A stretch of DNA of 13,084 bases from an uncultured Ruficoccus sp. Its GTDB lineage: Bacteria; Verrucomicrobiota; Verrucomicrobiia; Opitutales; Cerasicoccaceae. Shown here one piece after another: positions 1 through 7,537 of the stretch. Positions within the stretch are counted from its first letter, which is position 1. Each line of letters begins with the position of its first letter. Position numbers and translations under genes: made by a program. Location of the stretch: NCBI GenBank assembly GCA_965140785.1, contig OZ223499.1, positions 1-13,084 of the forward strand, in the 5' to 3' direction. The notes under the pieces were generated by a model. That model ran no database searches, was not told where the DNA came from, and saw nothing but the letters and a program-made list of their open reading frames with translations.

Positions 1-457
1 CTGAGACAACATCATTTCCACTACAATCAACAAGAAATTGATGGAATTGAGCATCAATTAAAATATATTGATGAATTTTAGAATAATCACTTAATTTTAA
101 AAATTTATCTTTGAATTCTAATAATTTTTTAAAACAAACTGGATCATTTTTTTCTATGATTTTTTGAATGCTAAAGTGTTCAATTAGTACTCTATATTCA
201 TATATGTCTAATATTTGTTTTGTTGATAATTTTCTAACAGTAACAGGTTTATTTGGGGTACTATCTAATAGTCCTTCTCCAATTAATTCATTTATTGCAC
301 TATGTACAGGAGATCTACTTACATTTAATTGAGAGGCAACATCAACTTCACTTATCTTATCTCCAGGAGCATATTTGCCAGAAATAATATCATCTCTTAA
401 AATTTGGTAAACTTGTTCTTTTATGGTTTTGACAATTCTGTTTTTTTCTTTCTCCAT
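1..457 (-). CDS. GntR-family (FadR/FCD subfamily) transcriptional regulator, 3' end beyond the left window edge
   Basis: Not in the ORF track. Manual translation from ATG 457: MEKEKNRIVKTIKEQVYQILRDDIISGKYAPGDKISEVDVASQLNVSRSPVHSAINELIGEGLL (GntR winged HTH) ... DAQFHQFLVDCSGN (FCD-type motif). SD-like GAGGGA on the minus strand at about 462-467. Frame is open to the window edge. Confidence 0.93.
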   Translation of the reverse strand, partial: MEKEKNRIVKTIKEQVYQILRDDIISGKYAPGDKISEVDVASQLNVSRSPVHSAINELIGEGLLDSTPNKPVTVRKLSTKQILDIYEYRVLIEHFSIQKIIEKNDPVCFKKLLEFKDKFLKLSDYSKIHQYILIDAQFHQFLVDCSGNDVVS

Positions 458-580
458 TTTTTCCCTCAGTAATTAATTGTTATTTAAATATACTATTAAA
501 CTTTACAAAAGGCTATTGTTTTTGATTAAACACTCTTAAATAGTGTAAAACATAAACATTTACTAAACAAAGTTTTTTTC

Positions 581-609
581 TTGACAAAAATGACATCTGT
601 AATAATAAT
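581..609 (+). promoter_or_regulatory. sigma70-type promoter of the larA-like operon
   Basis: TTGACA (581-586), 17-bp spacer, AATAAT (604-609). Predicted transcription start near 616. Confidence 0.7.
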
Positions 610-615
610 AAGAGA

Positions 616-645
616 ATAATGAATGATGCATGCATCATTCATTAT
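616..645. promoter_or_regulatory. Perfect 30-bp palindrome, candidate GntR operator
   Basis: ATAATGAATGATGCA|TGCATCATTCATTAT is its own reverse complement. It lies just downstream of the -10 box, between the divergent gntR and the operon. Confidence 0.75.
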
Positions 646-675
646 ATATTGTGCATGTATTATTGAGGAGAAAAA

Positions 676-1950
676 ATGATAAAGGATATTCTTCTTCCCT
701 ATGGTCAAAGTAAAATGCTATTAAAAATTGATGAAAATCGATTAAATGGTATTATTTCTGTTGATCAAGAAGAAACAAAAATAAAACCCAATGAAAAACA
801 AATTGTTCTTGATGCTTTAGCAAATCCTATTGGAAGTGAAACCCTATCAAAACTTGCAGTAGATAAAAAAAATATAGTAATAGTAACAAGTGATCATACA
901 AGAGCTGTCCCAAGTATGATTACAATGCCATTGCTATTAGAAGAAATAAGAAAAGTAAATGAGTCTGCAAAAATTACTATTTTAATTGCAACTGGTCTTC
1001 ACAGAGGGATGACTGATGAAGAGATGATTGAAAGATTTGGTAGTAAAATCTTTAACGAGCAAATAATAATTAATCATGATGCTTTTGATAATGATAATAA
1101 TCAATTTTTAGGTATTCTACCTTCTGGATCCAAGTTTGAAATGAATAAAATAGCTGTTGATGCTGATCTTTTGATTGCTGAAGGTTTTATTGAACCTCAT
1201 TTTTTTGCTGGTTTTTCGGGGGGAAGAAAAAGTATTCTTCCAGGAATTGCTTCGGCAACTTGTGTAAATATTAATCATAGTGCACCACAAATTGCATCAT
1301 CTTTTGCTACTACGGGAGTTCTTGATAAAAATCCTATACATGAAGATATGGCTAGTGCTGCTAGAATTTCAAAAATTGCTTTTATTTTAAATGTGCTTTT
1401 AAACGATGAAAAGAAAATAGTAGCCGCTTATGCGGGTGATGTTGAAAAAGCTCATAGAAAAGGATGCAATCAACTCATAAATCAGAATGGTATAAATTCA
1501 ATAAAAAGTGAAATAGTTATAACAACAAATGGTGGTTACCCTTTAGATCAGAATTTATATCAATGTCCAAAAGGTTTATCTAGTGCATTAGAGTGTGTGA
1601 AAGAAGATGGTATTTTAATTTTAGTTGCTTCCTGTAGTGCGGGCTTAGGTGGTGAGAACTTTGGAAAGATGATGCAAAGTGGGACACCCCAAGAACTATA
1701 TGACAGAATTCTATCAACACCCATGGAAGATACTATTTCTGAGCAATGGTGTGTTCAATGTTTTTCCGCTTCTTTGTTGAAATATAAGATAATACTAGTT
1801 TCTATGCTTGAAAAAGAGCTTGTTGAAAAAATGGGTTTTATTTATGCAAGTGATGTAAATACTGCTTTAGATATAGCTTATGAAATAAAAGGTAACAAAT
1901 CAAAAGTTACAGTAATCCCTGATGGTGTATCTGTAATTATAAAAAAATAG
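676..1950 (+). CDS. larA: LarA-family nickel-pincer-nucleotide-dependent 2-hydroxyacid racemase/epimerase (lactate racemase homolog)
   Basis: 424 aa. Motifs SDHTR, ATGLHR, GFIEPHFFAGFSGGRKSILPG, NHS and GGYPLDQNLYQxxKG are characteristic of LarA. SD GAGGAG at 665-670. Family is confident; substrate is not. Confidence 0.92.
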   Translation: MIKDILLPYGQSKMLLKIDENRLNGIISVDQEETKIKPNEKQIVLDALANPIGSETLSKLAVDKKNIVIVTSDHTRAVPSMITMPLLLEEIRKVNESAKITILIATGLHRGMTDEEMIERFGSKIFNEQIIINHDAFDNDNNQFLGILPSGSKFEMNKIAVDADLLIAEGFIEPHFFAGFSGGRKSILPGIASATCVNINHSAPQIASSFATTGVLDKNPIHEDMASAARISKIAFILNVLLNDEKKIVAAYAGDVEKAHRKGCNQLINQNGINSIKSEIVITTNGGYPLDQNLYQCPKGLSSALECVKEDGILILVASCSAGLGGENFGKMMQSGTPQELYDRILSTPMEDTISEQWCVQCFSASLLKYKIILVSMLEKELVEKMGFIYASDVNTALDIAYEIKGNKSKVTVIPDGVSVIIKK

Positions 1951-1962
1951 GAGAAAAATGAT

Positions 1963-2292
1963 ATGAGTAAAGCAATTAAGCTTAATGAAAAAGATAATGT
2001 TGCAACTGTATTTAGTGATGTTAAAAAAGATGATATTTTAGAAATTTTAACCCATAAAGGTGAATCCTGGAATTTGAAAGTACTAAACGATATTCCATAT
2101 GGTCATAAAATTGCGCTTGAAGATATTAAGATTGGACAGCAAATTACAAAATATGGTGAAGAGATTGGAATTGCAAGCAAAGAAATTGAAGCTGGGGATT
2201 ATGTCCATATCCATAATATTGAAAGTATTAGAGGCCGTGGGGATTGGAATGAAGAAAAACAATCTGAAATCACAACTAATATGGTTAAGTAA
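1963..2292 (+). CDS. SAF-domain small subunit of a UxaA/GarD-family dehydratase
   Basis: 109 aa. DNVAT...IPYGHKIALEDI..G..ITKYGEEIG.A...I.AG.YVH.HN is the UxaA N-terminal SAF domain. SD AGGAG overlaps the larA stop codon. Confidence 0.92.
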   Translation: MSKAIKLNEKDNVATVFSDVKKDDILEILTHKGESWNLKVLNDIPYGHKIALEDIKIGQQITKYGEEIGIASKEIEAGDYVHIHNIESIRGRGDWNEEKQSEITTNMVK

Positions 2293-2304
2293 GGAGAACT
2301 AATA

Positions 2305-3480
2305 ATGGCAAATAAGGAATATAAATTTTTTGGATATGTAAGAAAAGATGGGAAAGTTGGAACTCGAAATTATGTTGCAGTAATTCCATCTGTTGTTTGT
2401 GTAGATGAAGTTGTTGAATCAATAGTTAATAATACTTCTGGAACACAAGGTATTATTCATCATCAAGGGTGTTGTCAAACTCCTCCTGATTTAGAAAGAA
2501 TTACTGATTGTTTAATCAAAATTGGAGAAAATCCTAATGTTGGAGCTGTTTTAATTGTAAGTCTTGGTTGTGAAGGTGTTGATACCGATAGATTAGAAGC
2601 TGAAATAAAGAAAACAGGAAAACCTGTTGAAAGAATAAATGTTCAAGAATTAGGTGGTACAAGCCGTTCAATTCAAGTTGGTATGGATAAAGCTCAAAAA
2701 TTAATAAGAGAAATTTCTTCACAACAAAGAGAAGAAGTAGATATTTCTAATTTTGTAATGGGAATTAAATGTGGTGCATCTGATACTACTTCAGGTATTG
2801 CTTCTAATCCAGTAATTGGATATATCGCAGATAAGATTGTCGATCTTGGTGGTACTGTAATATTTGGAGAAACAACTGAATTTATTGGAGCAGAACATAT
2901 ACTTAAAAGAAGAGCAAAAAATGAACATGTTGCATCCGAAATTGGTAGAATCGTTACTGAAATGGAAAATAGAGCTAAAGCAATTGGTGTTGATATGAGA
3001 AAAGGTCAACCAACACCAGGTAATATCAAAGGTGGTTTAAGTACAATCGAAGAAAAATCTTTAGGAGCTATTGTTAAATCAGGAACAAAAACAATTGAAG
3101 GTGTTATTGATTATACTGAAGCTCCAAAAGGAAAGGGGCTTTGGATTAAAGATTCTCCAGGTCGTGAAATTGAACTTTTATCTGGCATGGCAGTTGCTGG
3201 AGCAGATGTAATATTGTTTTCAACAGGTCGTGGAGCACCTCAAGGCTTTCCAGTTGTTCCTGTAGTAAAAATATGTGGGAATCCAATTACCTATAACAGG
3301 ATGCAAAATGATATGGATATTAATGCAGGATTGATTACATTAGGTGAAAAATCTATTGCTGAGATTGGAGAAGAAACTTTTGAGATGCTACTTAGAGTGG
3401 CAAATGGTGAAAAGAGTAAAGGGGAATCAATTAATTACAATAAATCAATGGATTTCTATTGCTTAGGCCCAGTCATTTAA
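2305..3480 (+). CDS. UxaA/GarD-family (altronate/galactarate dehydratase-like) large catalytic subunit
   Basis: 391 aa. Motifs FFGYVRKDGKVGTRN, HHQGC, SLGCE, KCGASD, GETTEFIGAE, PTPGNIKGGLSTIEEKSLG, FSTGRG. SD AAGGAG at 2291-2296. Confidence 0.93.
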   Translation: MANKEYKFFGYVRKDGKVGTRNYVAVIPSVVCVDEVVESIVNNTSGTQGIIHHQGCCQTPPDLERITDCLIKIGENPNVGAVLIVSLGCEGVDTDRLEAEIKKTGKPVERINVQELGGTSRSIQVGMDKAQKLIREISSQQREEVDISNFVMGIKCGASDTTSGIASNPVIGYIADKIVDLGGTVIFGETTEFIGAEHILKRRAKNEHVASEIGRIVTEMENRAKAIGVDMRKGQPTPGNIKGGLSTIEEKSLGAIVKSGTKTIEGVIDYTEAPKGKGLWIKDSPGREIELLSGMAVAGADVILFSTGRGAPQGFPVVPVVKICGNPITYNRMQNDMDINAGLITLGEKSIAEIGEETFEMLLRVANGEKSKGESINYNKSMDFYCLGPVI

Positions 3481-3643
3481 TGTTATTCAAAAAATAGTTT
3501 TTAGTTTTTATTAACACTATTTGTATTGGATTATTATTTTAATTTATCGTTGTGAATATGAGCTATCTATATCAGCGAGGTACTTGTGTATTTATAGCTC
3601 TTTATGTTTGAAAATAAACAGAAAAATAAAGGAGGAGATTATT

Positions 3644-5026
3644 GTGGGTGATATAAATATTGCTAGAGTAATCATCGGATTAGTAGTAGCTATTGGATTA
3701 ATTTTTTATTGTTCAACACGTACTAAAATTCATGTTTTTGTTGCTATGATCCTTGGCGCGGTTCTTGCGGGATTATTAATCGGTTTGCCAATTGGTTCCA
3801 TAACATCGTCTATTAAAACAGGCTTTGGTGGCACTTTAGGTTCCATTGGTATTGTTATCGGTCTTGGAGTAATGATGGGTGCAATCTTTGAAGCAAGTGG
3901 CGCGGCAAAAAGAATGGCTATTACTTTCATTCGTGTCTTAGGAGAGGGGAAAGAAGATATTGCAATGGCTATAACAGGTTTTATTGTTGCTATTCCAGTA
4001 TTTTGCGACAGTGCTTTTGTTATTCTTACACCACTAGCTAAATCTTTATCAAGAAAAACAGGTCGTTCTATTGTAACTATTGGTTGTGCTTTAGGCGCTG
4101 CTTTATTAACAACTCATTCTCTTGTTCCTCCAACCCCTGGTCCATTAGCAATTAGTGGTTATTTCGGATTAGATATGGGTAAATTTATTTTACTTGGTTT
4201 ATTATATGCTCTTCCAATTTCAATTGCAGGTATTTTTTATGCAAGATGGGTTGGTAAGAAAATTTATAAAGTTCCTAATCCATTAGATAATGGTTCATTA
4301 ATTGATAGACCTTATACTAAAGAAGAATTAAATAGTTACTCTGGTGTTATTAATGACAAAGATATTCCTAGTACTTTCTTATCATTTTTACCTATTGCAC
4401 TTCCAATTGTATTAATTTTATTAAATACTTTAGCTAAAGCAGTTGGTATGGCAGACGGAACTTTAAGAAGTGTAATTGCATTAATAGGAGATCCTGTTGT
4501 AGCTGTAATGATTGGTTTATTAGTTTCAATATTTACCCTTGCAAGAAATATAGATAGAAAAGAAGTAATTAGCTTATTAGATAAATCTATTGAACAAGCA
4601 AGCGTTATTATATTTGTAACTGGAGCTGGTGGAGCCTTAGGTCAAGTATTAAAAGATAGTGGAGCAGGATCTGCTATTGCCAATATTATGTTAAATTCAA
4701 ACATTCCTGGTATTCTACTACCATTCTTTATGGCATATTTACTTAGAATAATTACTGGTTCAGCTACAGTTGGTATGTTAACAGCTGGTTCTTTAACAGC
4801 TCCAATTATTCTTGAAATGGCTACTGTAAACCCATATTTAGCAGGATTAGCTTGTTGTATTGGTTCTATTGGTATTACCAACGTACATGATAGTTATTTC
4901 TGGGTTGTAAATAAATCTATTGGTCTAACAGATATGAATGAAATGTTTAAAAACTGGTTCGGTTGTGTATTAACAATGTCAACTGTTGGTTTCGTTTTCT
5001 TAATGATTGGAAATATTTTTATGTAA
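3644..5026 (+). CDS. GntP-family (gluconate:H+ symporter-like) sugar-acid permease
   Basis: Highly hydrophobic. Motifs GFGGTLGSIGIVIGLG, AIPVFCDSAFVIL, HSLVPPTPGP, GAGGALG.VL, HDSYFWVV. Start revised from TTG 3521 to GTG 3644, which follows SD GGAGG at 3631-3635 (460 aa). Confidence 0.92.
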   Translation: MGDINIARVIIGLVVAIGLIFYCSTRTKIHVFVAMILGAVLAGLLIGLPIGSITSSIKTGFGGTLGSIGIVIGLGVMMGAIFEASGAAKRMAITFIRVLGEGKEDIAMAITGFIVAIPVFCDSAFVILTPLAKSLSRKTGRSIVTIGCALGAALLTTHSLVPPTPGPLAISGYFGLDMGKFILLGLLYALPISIAGIFYARWVGKKIYKVPNPLDNGSLIDRPYTKEELNSYSGVINDKDIPSTFLSFLPIALPIVLILLNTLAKAVGMADGTLRSVIALIGDPVVAVMIGLLVSIFTLARNIDRKEVISLLDKSIEQASVIIFVTGAGGALGQVLKDSGAGSAIANIMLNSNIPGILLPFFMAYLLRIITGSATVGMLTAGSLTAPIILEMATVNPYLAGLACCIGSIGITNVHDSYFWVVNKSIGLTDMNEMFKNWFGCVLTMSTVGFVFLMIGNIFM

Positions 5027-5050
5027 ATTATTTATATAAGTATTATATTG

Positions 5051-5095
5051 AAAATAGTTCTATTGCTAAATATTTGGTGATAGAACTATTTTGTT
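5051..5095 (+). terminator. Probable intrinsic terminator of the larA-dehydratase-gntP operon
   Basis: Long hairpin AAAATAGTTCTATTGCTAAA / TTTGGTGATAGAACTATTTT. All three mismatches are G-U pairs on the + strand. T-rich tail. Confidence 0.7.
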
Positions 5096-5149
5096 ATTAA
5101 CAATTATCTTTTTTATTTAAAAAGAAAAGCATTAATATATTTTATTCTA

Positions 5150-5178
5150 TTGACTATAAATGAGTTACTTAATATCGT
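5150..5178 (+). promoter_or_regulatory. Possible sigma70 promoter of the MFS gene
   Basis: TTGACT (5150-5155), 17-bp spacer, TATCGT (5173-5178). Confidence 0.45.
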
Positions 5179-5206
5179 TATGATAACTTAAAAACTGGAA
5201 ATATAT

Positions 5207-6442
5207 ATGTCAAAAATTAATAAATCTAAAAAAATTGGGATTAAAGATTCTTTTCAATTAAATTACAATGTAATGCCTTTTCTCTTGTCTGTGTTGTTTT
5301 TTGGAATAACAAATAGTATAGCAAAAGCTTTAATGAATAATTATCTTGCTGATATTATTAGGATTTCAAAAATACAATTAGGTGTTGTTGAATTTTTTAG
5401 AGAGCTCCCTGGCTTGTTTTTAATTTTCATTTTAGCTTATTTATATAAGCAAAGTGATAAAAAGAATTACCAAACAGCAATAATTATTTCAATGTGTGGT
5501 TTCTTAGGCCTTACATTTTTAGGAACCAATCTTTGGGTTGTTATTTTTTTCTTAGTAATGAATAGTTTTGGAGAGCATATTAGTATGCAGGTTAGACAAA
5601 GCTTAGCCGTTGAAATGTCTAGAGAAAATATGAATGGTAATTCACTTGGAATAATGCAAGGCTTTAGATCTTTAGGGAATATTTTAGGATTTTTAATAGT
5701 TCCAATATTGTTTTTAATATTATCTAAATTTGGATTTGGTAGAGATACTGCTAAAAGTTATAAAGCTATTTATTTTATTGCAATGTTAATTGCTTTTGTT
5801 GCATATATTTTTACATCTAAGATTCCTAAACTTCAATCAGAAGAAAAAGTAGGGCCAAAAATATATTTTCATAAAAAATATGGAAAATATTATATACTTT
5901 CCTTTTTTTATGGAGCTAGAAAACAAATATTTATTACATTTGCTCCGTTCGTATTAGTATTAAATTATGGAGCTAGTGCTTCATATATGGCAATATTATT
6001 TGCAATTACAGCAGGGTTATCTATAATCTTTGCACCTATTATTGGTAAGATAATTGATAAAGTTGGTTATAAGAAAGTAATGATAGGGGATACCCTCTTA
6101 TTAATTATAGTTTGTTTCTTTTATGGTTTTGCTCATAGATTATTTTCGCATAATGTCGCATTTTATGTAGTTAGTATAAACTATATACTTGATTCCATTC
6201 TTTCAATTTGTAGTATGGCTTCTTTAGTCTATTGTAAAGCTTTATCTGCAAATCAAGAAGAATTTGGTAAAACTATTACAACTGGTATTTCAGTTAATCA
6301 TTTAATTAGTATTATTATTGCGTTATTAGGTGGTTTAATTTGGCAACTTGCTGGGATTGAAATGTTATTTACCATTTCTGCAATATTAGGATTATTAAAT
6401 AGTATTTTTGCAGCAACAATTAAAGAAATAAAAAAAAGTTAA
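5207..6442 (+). CDS. MFS transporter, substrate unknown
   Basis: 411 aa with roughly 12 hydrophobic segments in two halves. MFS motif-A-like GKIIDKVGYKK in the C-terminal half. Confidence 0.88.
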   Translation: MSKINKSKKIGIKDSFQLNYNVMPFLLSVLFFGITNSIAKALMNNYLADIIRISKIQLGVVEFFRELPGLFLIFILAYLYKQSDKKNYQTAIIISMCGFLGLTFLGTNLWVVIFFLVMNSFGEHISMQVRQSLAVEMSRENMNGNSLGIMQGFRSLGNILGFLIVPILFLILSKFGFGRDTAKSYKAIYFIAMLIAFVAYIFTSKIPKLQSEEKVGPKIYFHKKYGKYYILSFFYGARKQIFITFAPFVLVLNYGASASYMAILFAITAGLSIIFAPIIGKIIDKVGYKKVMIGDTLLLIIVCFFYGFAHRLFSHNVAFYVVSINYILDSILSICSMASLVYCKALSANQEEFGKTITTGISVNHLISIIIALLGGLIWQLAGIEMLFTISAILGLLNSIFAATIKEIKKS

Positions 6443-6494
6443 ATTAGAATAAAGACTTATTAAATCATTAAATAAAATTATCTCATAAAATAAC

Positions 6495-6523
6495 TTGCTT
6501 TCAATATCTGTCATTATTATAAT
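6495..6523 (+). promoter_or_regulatory. sigma70 promoter of the YheO-like regulator (predicted leaderless transcript)
   Basis: TTGCTT (6495-6500), 17-bp spacer, TATAAT (6518-6523). ATG begins at 6531, after 7 intervening nt. Confidence 0.7.
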
Positions 6524-6530
6524 AGCACCT

Positions 6531-7169
6531 ATGATTTCTAAAGAGTATTTAATAATAATGTGTCAGTTTTTTAGTGAAATTCTTGGTCCAACATCTGAAG
6601 TGCTTCTTCATGATGCTAAAAATGGAGCCATTGAATGGATAAATGAAGATTCTATTTCTTGTCGAAAGATTGGAGATATTAATACAACATCAATTCTAAA
6701 ATTATTAAATTCTAAGTGTGAGAATAATAATACAAATAGAATAATTGGTGTTTTAAATACCTCTGAAAAAAATACATTGATTAGAACAAGTAATTTAATG
6801 ATTAGAGATGATGATGGAAATTTGCAATATGTAATATGTATAAATCAAGATATTACAGCTCTTGCTAATATCCAGCCTTTTATAAACCATATGTTTTCAG
6901 AAAAAGGAAAGAAAAATATTGAGTTTAACGACAATAATGATAATGCTGATATAGAAGAAATAATGACTAGTATTATTTTAGAAGAAGTTAAACACGCTGA
7001 TGTTTATAAATTAGAAACAAAATCTGCAAAAATGTCTGTTTTAATTAGACTTTATAATCGTGGTATTTTTAAAGTAAAACAAGCAATTCCAAAAGTATGC
7101 GAGGTCTTAGATATTGCTCAGCCAACGCTTTATAAATATCTTAAGCAAATAGAAAAAGAAGAAGAATAA
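6531..7169 (+). CDS. YheO/DauR-like transcriptional regulator (PAS_6 plus HTH_22)
   Basis: N-terminal FFSEILGPTSEVLLHD, R.IGD, IRTS...IRDDDG....ICINQD; C-terminal LYNRGIFKVKQAIPKVCEVLDIAQPTLYKYL. Start revised to ATG 6531 because the track's TTG 6495 is the -35 box. Confidence 0.88.
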   Translation: MISKEYLIIMCQFFSEILGPTSEVLLHDAKNGAIEWINEDSISCRKIGDINTTSILKLLNSKCENNNTNRIIGVLNTSEKNTLIRTSNLMIRDDDGNLQYVICINQDITALANIQPFINHMFSEKGKKNIEFNDNNDNADIEEIMTSIILEEVKHADVYKLETKSAKMSVLIRLYNRGIFKVKQAIPKVCEVLDIAQPTLYKYLKQIEKEEE

Positions 7170-7194
7170 TTTAAAAATAATTCGAGTTTGTTTT

Positions 7195-7232
7195 AATCAT
7201 TAATAGTACTTAACTATTGATGATTTTTTTTT
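7195..7232 (+). terminator. Intrinsic terminator after the YheO-like gene
   Basis: Stem AATCATTAATAGT / ACTATTGATGATT (one G-U), 5-nt loop, T run to 7232. Confidence 0.7.
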
Positions 7233-7473
7233 ATCCAAAATAAGCAAAATGGATAAAAATTTATAATAAATTCTCTATTTTAATTTCAAAATTGATTTAT
7301 TTTTTATTTTTCATTAAAATTTTATAATTATTAAAGTGATTAATTAAAGTTTTAAAGTGTTGTTATATATCTTTTTTAGTTTATTATTTTAAGATTATTA
7401 TTTTTAATATGATTTTTATCACATTAAAAATGAAAAAAACTTAAAATTTTATTTTTAATTATATAATAATATA

Positions 7474-7523
7474 TTGACACCTAAATGCGGATAGATTATT
7501 ATCTCTATGGATAAAAAATTATC
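7474..7523 (+). promoter_or_regulatory. sigma70 promoter with two overlapping candidate operator boxes
   Basis: TTGACA (7474-7479), 17-bp spacer, TATTAT (7497-7502). Boxes GATAG-ATTA-TTATC (7490-7503) and GATAA-AAAA-TTATC (7510-7523). Confidence 0.72.
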
Positions 7524-7537
7524 ATTTAGGAGCTATT

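Noticed and set aside
526..708. 60-aa minus-strand ORF
   Set aside because: Covers the promoter, palindrome and larA start; no SD or family signal.
1963..3480. Calling the split dehydratase SuyAB (sulfolactate sulfo-lyase), with LarA as a sulfolactate racemase
   Set aside because: The two-subunit layout fits, but the large subunit has UxaA/GarD-type HxxGC and LGCE motifs rather than the HxYGRLQ-type segment I recall for SuyB, and no sulfite exporter is evident. A phylogeny is needed to exclude it fully.
1963..3480. uxaA pseudogene broken by a nonsense mutation
   Set aside because: The large subunit has its own strong, well-spaced SD, and split SAF/large-subunit pairs are a known arrangement.
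3521..3643. 41-aa N-terminal extension of the GntP permease in the ORF track
   Set aside because: No SD before TTG 3521; a strong GGAGG precedes GTG 3644 and permease-like sequence begins there.
2099..4881. Short overlapping ORFs 2099-2302 (+), 2534-2722, 2791-3009, 3730-3930 and 4642-4881 (-)
   Set aside because: Alternative-frame or antisense shadows of well-supported genes.
7260..7470. Extremely AT-rich stretch as possible ncRNA, replication origin or repeat array
   Set aside because: No DnaA boxes, regular repeats or GC-containing stems seen; looks like ordinary upstream DNA.
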